From: a virus
Direction: 5' to 3' (one strand)
DNA: 64,000 nt
IMG/VR virus record: IMGVR_UViG_3300020160_001966
Coordinates: 32,001-96,000 of that record
The notes beneath the pieces are model-generated. The model was not told where the DNA came from. It was given only the letters and a program-made list of their open reading frames with translations, and searched no databases. Made by a program: the position numbers and the translations under genes. Shown piece by piece: positions 28,604-37,504 of the stretch; the first letter of the stretch is position 1; each line of letters opens with the position of its first letter.

Positions 28604-29278
28604 TTATTTCATATAGCTACTCATAAAATCTTCGTATTTTTTACCAATAGCCCCCTTTGCTGTATTTAAAACAGAAGATAATGCTTTTTTCATTCCCTCT
28701 TTACTAAAATCCCCACCAGTTAAATCATATACTTGTTGTTTAACATCATCGTATGTACTAGATGCAACATCTCCAATTTTAGACAATGTATCATTTTCTT
28801 CCGAACCATTATCACTTTCATCGTTTGATTTAATATTTGAAACTATTTCTCTTTCGTAATCGGAATTAGGTTTTATATTTAAAGGTGTAACTACCAAGTT
28901 ATTACTATTTTTACCCAAATTTGCAAAATAATTGTACATTTGTTTATCAGATCCAGAGTAAAAATCTATATTGTTTGTGACAGAACCACCACCTTTATCA
29001 TCAACTCTATATATACCTTCAGTATTTCCAAATTCAGAACCTACAGGTCTTCCAGTTCTTTTATCTACTATTTTGACAATAGTACCGTGTGGAAGTTTAT
29101 TATTTGCTACAGAATATCCTGCTATTAATTTGTTGTTTTTATTTCCCATGTATTGCCACTCTGGTTTCAATATACCGTTCCTTATTTCACTTGCAGTTGT
29201 GCTATCAATATCAGCATTTCCATAAGCTGTGGCTCCAAACATATATTTTTCCAAAACAAATTGTTTAAATGTTCTCAC
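28604..29278 (-). CDS. 3D-domain (MltA-like) peptidoglycan hydrolase with a CTS-like leader
   Basis: ATAYG...SVANNKLPHGTIVKI...YRVDDKGGG...NIDFY; leader MRTFKQFVLE; TATAAATA 5 nt before the GTG. Confidence 0.7.
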   Translation of the reverse strand: MRTFKQFVLEKYMFGATAYGNADIDSTTASEIRNGILKPEWQYMGNKNNKLIAGYSVANNKLPHGTIVKIVDKRTGRPVGSEFGNTEGIYRVDDKGGGSVTNNIDFYSGSDKQMYNYFANLGKNSNNLVVTPLNIKPNSDYEREIVSNIKSNDESDNGSEENDTLSKIGDVASSTYDDVKQQVYDLTGGDFSKEGMKKALSSVLNTAKGAIGKKYEDFMSSYMK

Positions 29279-29283
29279 GTTAA

Positions 29284-29309
29284 TATTTATAATAAAGAAA
29301 CACTAAATA
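29284..29309. promoter_or_regulatory. Divergent late promoters: TATAAATA (-, 29284-29291) and ACTAAATA (+, 29302-29309)
   Basis: 5 nt and 7 nt before the starts at 29278 and 29317. Confidence 0.7.
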
Positions 29310-29316
29310 TTCTTAT

Positions 29317-29841
29317 ATGGTTGGAAAAAAAGATACAGTAATGATATTTGAAAAATATCGCAACGTTTTAGCTGAACAACAACAAAACAATAATATACAG
29401 TCTATAATAAATCAAATAAACACTTCAGCTTTAGCTCCAGAAGTTAAACAAGGTCTAGTTTCTTTATTAAAAAATCCCGAAGTTGCATCTAAATGGCAAA
29501 GTGGTGATGCTGATACTGTGAATGCTGGTGATTCAAATTTTGCTAAAGAATTATCAATGGCAAAATATGGCGCTCCAGATCAAGATTTAGCAAATGCTCC
29601 AGATCCCAATTTTGCTAAAGAAATGGCCGCTGAAAGAGCTAAACAACAAAAGCAATATCCAGAACAAGAAGAAAACGAAGAATCTCCAGTAAATTGTGCA
29701 ACTCTCCCCACACCAGAGGAAAGAAACAATTGTAACGTTAGAAGAAAACAAGTTGCAATCAACAGTTTTTCAAAAATTCAAAATCCAGAGAAAAAAACGG
29801 TTTATAACGATCCTAACACCAGCAATAAAAGCTGGTTTTAA
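29317..29841 (+). CDS. Hypothetical late protein with a CTS-like leader and an internal NFAKE repeat
   Basis: MVGKKDTVMIFEKYRNVLAE; DSNFAKELS and DPNFAKEMA duplicated motif. Confidence 0.55.
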   Translation: MVGKKDTVMIFEKYRNVLAEQQQNNNIQSIINQINTSALAPEVKQGLVSLLKNPEVASKWQSGDADTVNAGDSNFAKELSMAKYGAPDQDLANAPDPNFAKEMAAERAKQQKQYPEQEENEESPVNCATLPTPEERNNCNVRRKQVAINSFSKIQNPEKKTVYNDPNTSNKSWF

Positions 29842-29850
29842 TATAAAAAA

Positions 29851-30171
29851 TTAAACACCCCAACTTGTACCACCGAAAGGATTGCTCCATCCAGTAGTTG
29901 TTTTTTGTCCTATTTCAGCTGGAATGGGTAAAGGTTTTTGTGGTTGATTATCTGTGATTTTTTGCAAAGGAACTCCAAACAAATTTTGATTATCTTTATT
30001 GTCAAAATGAGTCTCTTTCATTTTTGAATAACTATCTCTTTTATCTATAGTAGCGTAAAAAGTTTCAATACAATTTACAATATAATCACATAGAATGTAA
30101 TCTGGAGTATTACATTTATTGTCTAAAGAAAATTTATTAATTAAATCTGTTAGTTCTTTCTTAAATTCCAT
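29851..30171 (-). CDS. Conserved phage hypothetical protein (early)
   Basis: FKKELTDLINKFSLDN..NTPDYILCDY motif; TTGATT-N16-TAAATT promoter (30177-30204) 5 nt before the ATG. Confidence 0.6.
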   Translation of the reverse strand: MEFKKELTDLINKFSLDNKCNTPDYILCDYIVNCIETFYATIDKRDSYSKMKETHFDNKDNQNLFGVPLQKITDNQPQKPLPIPAEIGQKTTTGWSNPFGGTSWGV

Positions 30172-30200
30172 ATTAAAATTTAGAAAGATTTTTTAAAAAA

Positions 30201-30563
30201 TCAAACCAAACCGAAAGATTTTTTAACTAATAAATTAATCCATCTATCAAAAGACTCTTTGACTATGGATTTTTTCTTTTTCTTTTTGTCCATGAAAGCT
30301 TTTTTCATAGGTTCTTTTTTATTACCATCTCTATCAACATCCAAATAATCTGGTTTTCTAGATTCTTTTATTTGTTTCTTTTTTGGAATTTTTGCACCAG
30401 ACTCTTTAGCTTTATTTAAAGAAATAGCCACTGCTTGTTTTTGAGCTTTTTTCTTCGTTTTGGGTTTAGAAGTCCCAATTTTACCAGTTTTCTTATATTT
30501 CCCCATTTCAGATTTAATGTTTTTGGAGATTGTTTCTTTAGATTTTCCTTTTTTAAGTGGCAT
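30201..30563 (-). CDS. Highly basic late protein (DUF6496-like) with a DxDxDG motif
   Basis: MPLKKGKSKETISKNIKSEM...KQAVAISL; KPDYLDVDRDGNKKEPMKKA. Confidence 0.55.
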   Translation of the reverse strand: MPLKKGKSKETISKNIKSEMGKYKKTGKIGTSKPKTKKKAQKQAVAISLNKAKESGAKIPKKKQIKESRKPDYLDVDRDGNKKEPMKKAFMDKKKKKKSIVKESFDRWINLLVKKSFGLV

Positions 30564-30577
30564 AGTGAAATTATTTA

Positions 30578-31051
30578 TTATTTTTGAAGTGTTTTTCTAT
30601 ACAAATTTAAAATATCCTCATCATTTAAACCCATTTGCTTTAGATAAGTTTCTATGAAAGATATATCATTTGATGTTATTGCTTGTTGAACATCTGCGGA
30701 TTCCAAATCCTTACCAAGTTCTTTCAATTTTTCGACAAGGTGTTTTTTAAATGTTGAAAGTCTTGAGCTATTAATTTTCGTTGCTTTTCCAGTTTCTTGA
30801 GTATTTTCATCTTCAACAGGCTCCAAATTAGACTTAGAGACAGTTTGAATAGGATTAATTCCTGTTGGAGTGTTGATAATGAAAACTTTGAACTCTGTGG
30901 GAGAACCTCCACATTCTTGCAATACATATCCTTCATAATAAGGTGAATTGATTATACCCAACTTCTCAGACCACATAGGATCTACCTTAATGCGGACTTT
31001 TTGAAGTTTTGTTGTTCCAATCGCTTTTTCCAACAGGTTTAAAAATTTCAC
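30578..31051 (-). CDS. Hypothetical late protein with a CTS-like leader
   Basis: TATAAATA (31057-31064) 5 nt before the GTG; MKFLNLLE. Confidence 0.6.
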   Translation of the reverse strand: MKFLNLLEKAIGTTKLQKVRIKVDPMWSEKLGIINSPYYEGYVLQECGGSPTEFKVFIINTPTGINPIQTVSKSNLEPVEDENTQETGKATKINSSRLSTFKKHLVEKLKELGKDLESADVQQAITSNDISFIETYLKQMGLNDEDILNLYRKTLQK

Positions 31052-31086
31052 TTAATTATTTATACAAATGATGTATTAAAATTCAT

Positions 31087-31497
31087 TTAGTCTTTTTTAC
31101 TAACATCAACCAACCCACCATTTATTTTAATAAATGGTTCTCCCAATAACACCTTATATTCATTTTCCGTTCTATCCGCAATTGAAAATGGAACGTTGGA
31201 ATATTTTTTACCATTTATAGAAACATTAAATTCAACCACTGGTCTATTTTCTTTATTGCCAGATCCTATATGTATTTTTATATCGTCTTTAAATGGACAT
31301 GTTATTATTTTCCCATCTATGGTTTCGAACGTAACTTGTCCGTTTTTAGTAGCTTTGACTATACCATGTAAAACATTGTGTGCGGTATTTCCAGTATCTG
31401 TTTTTGCTTTTAAAAATCCAATACCTTCAATTTCAATATCCTCTACAATACCTAGAGCTTTTTCTAAAATAGTTTTATATAGTTTTATAAATTTCAC
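31087..31497 (-). CDS. Retropepsin-like aspartic protease (RimK-associated/RimB-like family) with a CTS-like leader
   Basis: KAKTDTGN (DTG), RPVV, DRTENEYKVLLG; leader MKFIKLYKTILE. Confidence 0.75.
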   Translation of the reverse strand: MKFIKLYKTILEKALGIVEDIEIEGIGFLKAKTDTGNTAHNVLHGIVKATKNGQVTFETIDGKIITCPFKDDIKIHIGSGNKENRPVVEFNVSINGKKYSNVPFSIADRTENEYKVLLGEPFIKINGGLVDVSKKD

Positions 31498-31501
31498 TTG
31501 A

Positions 31502-31519
31502 ATTATTTATATAAATAAT
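31502..31519. promoter_or_regulatory. Perfect 18-bp palindrome made of two overlapping divergent TATAAATA late promoters
   Basis: ATTATTTATATAAATAAT; GTG starts at 31497 (-) and 31523 (+). Confidence 0.8.
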
Positions 31520-31522
31520 AAG

Positions 31523-33136
31523 GTGAATAAAGATTGTTATTTAATTTTTGAACAATATAGATTAATTTCAGAAAATTTAATTCTAGAAAATGTACAAAAG
31601 GCTATAGAAATAAGAAACAAATATTACCCATCTTTAAAATATCAAGGAGAATTGATAGGAGATTATGAAGTTGAGGAAATATACAACGCCTTGGCTAGAC
31701 AGCAAGTGGCGAAAACGATATATTTGAATTGGATATTCCTTTTAATACAAAATCGTGTTCCTAGAATAATGGAAGATTTACAAACAATAGCCAAAAATTT
31801 AAAAGTTTTTAATTCCAAGAGTAGTAAAATAGCAGCAGATGGATACCCAACTCAACTTTTCAAACCAAATAAAGAATTAATATATAAAACACCTCAAGAC
31901 TTATATAAAGTTGTTGAAAATTATATGAATACTGATGATGTTGGTGAAAGAGGATTGTTAAAAACAGCTGAATATTTGAAATCAAAAGGAGAAGTTGGAA
32001 AAATTTATGAAGATGATGTTTATGCGGTTTATACTCCAAAAACATATGATGCATCGAAAGAATTAGCGTGTTTGACTAATTGGTGTACTAGGTTTCCAGA
32101 CATGTATAAAAGATATTCTGGTGATGGACCTTTATATATTATTTTAAACAAACAATCTCTTGGCAATACGGAAGATAATAATAGAATGATACAATTTCAT
32201 ATTCCCTCAAAACAATTTAAAGATATAAAAGATAGAGAAATTAGAGAAAGACCCGTATTTATGAATAATTTGAAAGGTTTATTCAATACATTATACCCTA
32301 ATGCATTATCTCAATTTAAAAAATTATCCAATGGTGAAATTGAAAGATCGGAATTAAGTGACGAAGCTAAACAATCTTTATATCTGATGCCTCAAGAATA
32401 TAAAGAAGGATTGAATTTACCTTGTGGTGAAATGGAAGAAAAAATAGCCTCTGAATTAGGTGTTGATTGTGCTTTGGTTTTTGAAACTGACGGAAGATAT
32501 GAAGTCAATGGTGAAATTTATGAGGTGCAAGAAGTATCACAAGTTAAAAATCAAGCAGTAGAAGGTATATTAGATTCTGGACTGGAAAGTGATTGGTTTT
32601 ACAAAAATGTTTTAGATTATGGTAGACAGTATTCATGGGAAACAATTTACCGAAAAGAAGAATACGAAAACACACATTGGAATCAAAGAAAATATGAATT
32701 TGAAGATTTATTTGGAAATGATAATTATGTTGAAATTTATAATGAACATTTAAAACCTTATCTGTCTGAAGAAGAAGAATATAAAGTTAGAAAAGCTACA
32801 GAATATGGTTACGATACATGGGTTGAAACAAAATTACCACCAAAAGTTTACGATGAGTATGATTTGGAAGATGGTTCTTATTTGAAAGATGTCCCATATG
32901 AAGTGTATATAAGTTTCATGGAAGACTTTAGAGGAGATAATCCCATAAAATGGTATGTTGAAGAAAGAGGAGATAACGTTCAAGACATACCTAACATAGA
33001 TTTGGATGCAGCTGTTGGTGAATTTGTTGAAAATTTAAATTGGGATGACTTGGTATCATGGTCAGGAAGCTACGATGGTACAGGTTATAATTTTGATTTA
33101 AACGGTACGGAATATATGTTATACAGGATGGAGTAG
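31523..33136 (+). CDS. Large CTS-leader protein with a PcfJ-like domain
   Basis: VYTPKTYDASKELACLTNWCT...Y...GPLYIIL...IQFH...QFKD motif common in large phages; leader MNKDCYLIFEQY...LILE. Confidence 0.55.
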   Translation: MNKDCYLIFEQYRLISENLILENVQKAIEIRNKYYPSLKYQGELIGDYEVEEIYNALARQQVAKTIYLNWIFLLIQNRVPRIMEDLQTIAKNLKVFNSKSSKIAADGYPTQLFKPNKELIYKTPQDLYKVVENYMNTDDVGERGLLKTAEYLKSKGEVGKIYEDDVYAVYTPKTYDASKELACLTNWCTRFPDMYKRYSGDGPLYIILNKQSLGNTEDNNRMIQFHIPSKQFKDIKDREIRERPVFMNNLKGLFNTLYPNALSQFKKLSNGEIERSELSDEAKQSLYLMPQEYKEGLNLPCGEMEEKIASELGVDCALVFETDGRYEVNGEIYEVQEVSQVKNQAVEGILDSGLESDWFYKNVLDYGRQYSWETIYRKEEYENTHWNQRKYEFEDLFGNDNYVEIYNEHLKPYLSEEEEYKVRKATEYGYDTWVETKLPPKVYDEYDLEDGSYLKDVPYEVYISFMEDFRGDNPIKWYVEERGDNVQDIPNIDLDAAVGEFVENLNWDDLVSWSGSYDGTGYNFDLNGTEYMLYRME

Positions 33137-33139
33137 TAA

Positions 33140-33418
33140 TTACCAATTTTTACAACTTAAATATTTTGCCGTACCTGGCTTTGCCGTAGAGCATTTATGT
33201 CTAGCTCGAAAAGATTTTTTACGTTTTGTATTTCCACTCTTTCCAGTAACTTTCACACCCTTTTGCCCAAAATGTACTCTTTTATAACCTTTTCCTTTTG
33301 GGTTTTTCACACACTGCATCCATTTTTTACCTTTGGCTGTTGAAGATGTTTTTTTAGTTGGGCCAGTACATTTTGAGGATTCTAATAAAACATTAACCAA
33401 TTGATCGAAATTATTCAT
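33140..33418 (-). CDS. Small basic Cys-containing late protein with a CTS-like leader
   Basis: KRVHFGQKG...RKKSFRARHKC...YLSCKNW motif typical of aquatic phages; leader ends in VLLE; AATAAATA 5 nt upstream. Confidence 0.65.
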   Translation of the reverse strand: MNNFDQLVNVLLESSKCTGPTKKTSSTAKGKKWMQCVKNPKGKGYKRVHFGQKGVKVTGKSGNTKRKKSFRARHKCSTAKPGTAKYLSCKNW

Positions 33419-33448
33419 AAAACTATTTATTATTTAATAAATAATAAT

Positions 33449-34054
33449 ATGAGTAGAAAAAATAGTCTTTTGGAAATTTCCAAAGCTTATGAACAAATTT
33501 TAAACGAAATGAATATTGGGATAGATTCATCTGCTCAAAACACTTTGTTGAAAAACACAATGAAGCCATATGCATCCGAAAAAAAAGAATATCAATTCGT
33601 GATTCCCAAAAAACAATCTTCTAAACAAATGTTTAATACAGCTATGAAAGGGGATTTAGAAGGTGGTAAATGCCCTTGCGATTCCAATAAATGTGGAGAG
33701 CAAAATGACGAAGAAGAATCCAATGAAGATTCCAATTTAAACATGGCAAAATCAGAAACTTATAAAATATTAAATTATGCAAAAGATTTGATGGAATTGT
33801 TGGAAAAAACTGATAAAATAGAGGCATGGATGTTAGCAAAATTAGTAAATGCAGCAGATTATTTGTGTTCAGTAAGAGGCGTATTGGAATACGAAGATTA
33901 CGAACAAAATGTCAAACAGTGCGTTGATGATTTATCAAGTGATATGAAAATCGTAACCCATATAAATAATATGCTTAGTGGAGAAAACGAACATGTTAAT
34001 GAAGAAGTTTTAAAAAGAGCAATTTTTAATTTGGAGATATTAAGATCAAAATGA
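33449..34054 (+). CDS. Prohead-core-like late protein
   Basis: MAKSE...EAWMLAKLVNAADYL motif seen in T4-like core/scaffold-type proteins; AATAAATA 5 nt before the ATG at 33449. Confidence 0.55.
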   Translation: MSRKNSLLEISKAYEQILNEMNIGIDSSAQNTLLKNTMKPYASEKKEYQFVIPKKQSSKQMFNTAMKGDLEGGKCPCDSNKCGEQNDEEESNEDSNLNMAKSETYKILNYAKDLMELLEKTDKIEAWMLAKLVNAADYLCSVRGVLEYEDYEQNVKQCVDDLSSDMKIVTHINNMLSGENEHVNEEVLKRAIFNLEILRSK

Positions 34055-34437
34055 GTAGATTTCACACATTATTAAACAGAGCGTATAGGGAGATAATAAC
34101 AGAACAAGAACAACCTCCAGTTCCACAAGGAACCCCTGAACAAGCAGTACCAACACCTATTCCAGAAGTTCCTGAAACTCAACCACAACCTCAATCCCCA
34201 ATTAAACCTTTAACATCAGAAGGTGAAACAGTTTTGGTTAGAATATTAGCTAAAGCTATATTAGTGGATATAACAGATCCAGTAGATGAACTTTCTGTTA
34301 AAGATATTTCTGAGAACAAAATCAATGCAGAAAACGCCCAAGAGTCTTTAACAAAATTAGTATCTATCATAAGAAAATATGATCAATCTGTTTCTAATGA
34401 GTTAGATATAGACAAGATTTTTCAATCAACTAAATAA
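34051..34437 (+). CDS. Hypothetical late protein (CTS-like, Pro-rich linker)
   Basis: ATGA-coupled; MSRFHTLLNRAYREIITE. Confidence 0.55.
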   Translation: MSRFHTLLNRAYREIITEQEQPPVPQGTPEQAVPTPIPEVPETQPQPQSPIKPLTSEGETVLVRILAKAILVDITDPVDELSVKDISENKINAENAQESLTKLVSIIRKYDQSVSNELDIDKIFQSTK

Positions 34438-34891
34438 TTAAGTATAAACCAACTTTCCATTTAATTATTTTTTCTTTTAAATCGGAGCATTTTAGATTTT
34501 TATCTAGAATATTTTGTATTTTTTTAAATGAAATATTGTTATTCTCATAAAAAAGATCCGATTTTATAGACAATTCTTTTATGAAACCTTTAGAGAAATC
34601 ACTTTCATCATGGTATATTTCTGGAATTTGAAATATTTTACTTATTTTATTAATAATGAACTTTTCATCTAATTCCAACACTGAATGTAATAGTATGGGT
34701 TTTTTAATATTTTTATCTAAAATAAAATTTAATACATGCTTAACGGAAAAATATAAAAATATGTTTCTTTTTGTATTTTTCTTTTGCTCTTTAAAATCTA
34801 TTTCAAATTGCTTACAGAAACACTCAACGTCTTCCGAGATTTTTTGTTTCAGCTTAGAAAAATTTACTATTCTAAATTCTATATTCTCCAT
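34430..34891 (-). CDS. Hypothetical protein (early)
   Basis: Open frame downstream of the TTGACT-N17-TATAAT promoter. Confidence 0.55.
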   Translation of the reverse strand: MENIEFRIVNFSKLKQKISEDVECFCKQFEIDFKEQKKNTKRNIFLYFSVKHVLNFILDKNIKKPILLHSVLELDEKFIINKISKIFQIPEIYHDESDFSKGFIKELSIKSDLFYENNNISFKKIQNILDKNLKCSDLKEKIIKWKVGLYLII

Positions 34892-34931
34892 ATTCTAAGT
34901 ATAGAACTATATCAAAAACTCCCACAGAATT

Positions 34932-34960
34932 ATTATAGTGAGTGAATGTGTAAAAGTCAA
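34932..34960 (-). promoter_or_regulatory. sigma70 promoter TTGACT-N17-TATAAT
   Basis: Near-consensus sequence. Confidence 0.7.
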
Positions 34961-35442
34961 TAGGTAAAATTTTTCTTTTTTGATAATCTTACGTTAATTA
35001 TTCCATTTATTGATTTTTCCTCAAAGAGACAATTGTTATCTACTTGATATTTCATTTCACAATATTTCAATTCAAATTTTCCACCTCTAACTATAGTTAG
35101 AATTTCAAAATTGATATTTTCTTTACCTTTTTTTGAAATATAATCCTTAATATAATTAGAAGACGATGAGTAATCTTTCCAATCGCTTTCAACTATTCGC
35201 CTTCTGGCATTTGTTCTACCCTTTAATGGTTTTAACTTTTTTTTTGAATTGAATTGTTTAGATCCTATATACCAGCAACCGTCAGGTAGTGTTATTTTGT
35301 AAACAAATCCGAATAAATTAGAATTTAAATTACCAAAATAGTTTATATTTTCGGCAATAATCCAGTGTCCACATTCTTTAAGATCTATTTCTAGTTCTTT
35401 TGTTTCTTTTTCGTTTTCTTCTTTTGGCGTTTTTTTTGGCAT
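34957..35442 (-). CDS. GIY-YIG nuclease, T4 endonuclease II (DenA)-like
   Basis: FGFVYKIT...WYIGSKQF...ESDWKDYSSSS...E.KYQ...NGII. Confidence 0.7.
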   Translation of the reverse strand: MPKKTPKEENEKETKELEIDLKECGHWIIAENINYFGNLNSNLFGFVYKITLPDGCWYIGSKQFNSKKKLKPLKGRTNARRRIVESDWKDYSSSSNYIKDYISKKGKENINFEILTIVRGGKFELKYCEMKYQVDNNCLFEEKSINGIINVRLSKKKNFTY

Positions 35443-35614
35443 TTCTTTTAAATGTTCCTAACACGTGTGCTATTTGTGTGCTTCCACTATTCCAAAAATC
35501 ACTGTTACCAAAATCCCCTCCGTGATTAAATGAAGACCCATCCCCAAAAACCCCACCTCCTCCAGAGGCGTTATCTTCTAAAATAGTGTTAACTGTTGCA
35601 TCAAAAAGTCTCAT
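35378..35614 (-). CDS. Small Gly-rich/basic protein with a CTS-like leader
   Basis: MRLFDATVNTILE; Arg/Lys-rich tail. Confidence 0.55.
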   Translation of the reverse strand: MRLFDATVNTILEDNASGGGGVFGDGSSFNHGGDFGNSDFWNSGSTQIAHVLGTFKRNAKKNAKRRKRKRNKRTRNRS

Positions 35615-35642
35615 TTGACAAATGGATAATTTATATTATAAT
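35615..35642 (+). promoter_or_regulatory. sigma70 promoter TTGACA-N16-TATAAT
   Basis: Perfect hexamers upstream of the uvsY-uvsW-55-47-46 operon. Confidence 0.8.
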
Positions 35643-35657
35643 TATTTAATTAAATAT

Positions 35658-36050
35658 ATGTCTTTATCAAATTTTATAGAAGAATTGAAGAACGATTGTA
35701 TTGTGGATGAGATAAATTTGAAAGAATCTGCATTATTGTTACCAGCTAAAAAGGCGAAATGGGTTTCTAGGTTAATTTTACATAAAAATGAGCTAATAAA
35801 ATTGGAGAATGATAAAAAAAACATGTTAAATTCTATAATGGATGACTTAAAAAAGAATTCAGTGACTTCATTATCTCAACCAGTATTGAAAAATATTGCA
35901 GAAAAAGATCCAAATATGAGATCTATAGATGAAAAAATTGAAAATAGTAAAAATAATATAGAATTTCTCGAAAGAGTTGAAAAAATTATAAGCTCCATGA
36001 GTTTTGATATAGGTAATATCATTAAAATTGTACAATTGGAGACAACATGA
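35658..36050 (+). CDS. uvsY: Recombination mediator UvsY
   Basis: D..I....L..S...P....KW, helical coiled coil, ending SMSFDIGNIIKIVQLE; precedes uvsW. Confidence 0.75.
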   Translation: MSLSNFIEELKNDCIVDEINLKESALLLPAKKAKWVSRLILHKNELIKLENDKKNMLNSIMDDLKKNSVTSLSQPVLKNIAEKDPNMRSIDEKIENSKNNIEFLERVEKIISSMSFDIGNIIKIVQLETT

Positions 36051-37504
36051 TAGATATAACTTTAGATTCGAAGAAAAATAAAGGAATATATTCTGGAAAA
36101 TACTTTGATGAGATTAAAGAGTTCTTTTCTGTAAAAAACGATGCTGCAAAATTTGCAAGAAATAGATTTGTGCCATCTAGAAAATATGCCATAACTAGCA
36201 CTGGTCGGTTTGACCCTTGCTTATTGAGTGAAATAATTAAATTTTTAGAACAAAAAACTGAAACAAAAATAAAAGATATTAAAATAGACCCTCTTTTATT
36301 GGATGAGAATATGCCATCCAATCGTGGATGGAGGCAAAACCCCGCATTTTCGTTAAATGAATATGAATTATCGTTAAAATTGAGGGATTATCAAAAGGAT
36401 ATCGTTGATAAATGTTTGAATTTGGGTAGAGGTACTGTTTTATTGGCGACAGCTGGTGGTAAAACGTTGGTTATGGCATCACTTTTGTCTAAAGTGTGGA
36501 CAATGCATTCTTCTTTTAAGGTTTGTTTGATAGTTCCGAATAGAGGTTTGGTTGAACAGACTAATAATGATTTCAACGATTATAAAGTACCCTTCACTTT
36601 TTCTAAGTGGACTGGCGACGATCCTTTGGATCTTACTAAGAATGTTATAATCTGTAACAGTTCCATTTTACAATCTAAAAAAAGTGATACGTCTTGGATG
36701 GAATTTGTCGATTTGTTGATGATTGACGAATGTCATCACTTGAAAAAGGATAATGAGATAACGAAAATAGTAGATTCATGTAAAACCAAGTATAAATTTG
36801 GTTTTACTGGCACCTTACCAGAGGATAAAATAGATCAATGGTCTATTATAGGTAAAATAGGGCCAGTCATATATCAAAAAAGAAGTTTTGAATTGAGAGA
36901 TCAGAAACATGTTGTACCTGCTATAGCCCAAATATTGGAAATTCATTATAAAACTAAACCTGTTAGGAGTTTCGGTACTTTGCTGGCCACGGAAAACTAT
37001 AAAAATGAAATAAACTTTATAAAAAGTAATAAATTCAGAAATAATGTTATAAAAAAAATAGCCAAAAACTCGAATAATAACATATTAATATTGTTGGATT
37101 ATCTGGATCATGGTGATATACTATACAATATATTGAAAAGCGAACTCAAAGATAAAGAAGTCTTTTATATAAAGGGTGAGGTTGATGTTTCTGATAGAGA
37201 AACGATGAGGAAGACTATGGAATGTAAAGATAACGTTGTCTGCATAGCTATTTCTAAAATTTTCTCAACTGGTATAAATATAAAAAATTTACACTATATA
37301 GTTTTTGCTGGTGGTGGTAAATCCAAAATTAAAACGCTTCAAAGTATAGGTAGAGGATTGCGTTTACATGAAAAGAAAAATACTTTATACATAGTTGATA
37401 TTGCAGATCAACTATATTATGGAATGCAGCATCAGAGTAAAAGAATCGAGTTTTATGATCAAGAGAAAATATCTTCACAATTGTTAAAATTATATGAAAA
37501 TTAA
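36047..37504 (+). CDS. uvsW: SF2 helicase UvsW
   Basis: LRDYQ, ATAGGKT, IDECHH, FTGTL, FSTGINIKNLH, LQSIGRGLRLH. Confidence 0.93.
   Translation: MIDITLDSKKNKGIYSGKYFDEIKEFFSVKNDAAKFARNRFVPSRKYAITSTGRFDPCLLSEIIKFLEQKTETKIKDIKIDPLLLDENMPSNRGWRQNPAFSLNEYELSLKLRDYQKDIVDKCLNLGRGTVLLATAGGKTLVMASLLSKVWTMHSSFKVCLIVPNRGLVEQTNNDFNDYKVPFTFSKWTGDDPLDLTKNVIICNSSILQSKKSDTSWMEFVDLLMIDECHHLKKDNEITKIVDSCKTKYKFGFTGTLPEDKIDQWSIIGKIGPVIYQKRSFELRDQKHVVPAIAQILEIHYKTKPVRSFGTLLATENYKNEINFIKSNKFRNNVIKKIAKNSNNNILILLDYLDHGDILYNILKSELKDKEVFYIKGEVDVSDRETMRKTMECKDNVVCIAISKIFSTGINIKNLHYIVFAGGGKSKIKTLQSIGRGLRLHEKKNTLYIVDIADQLYYGMQHQSKRIEFYDQEKISSQLLKLYEN

Noticed and set aside
34957-35442. GIY-YIG gene as a mobile homing endonuclease
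   Set aside because: It is short, lacks NUMOD/HTH DNA-binding tails and does not interrupt a gene; it fits an Endo II-like host-DNA nuclease better.
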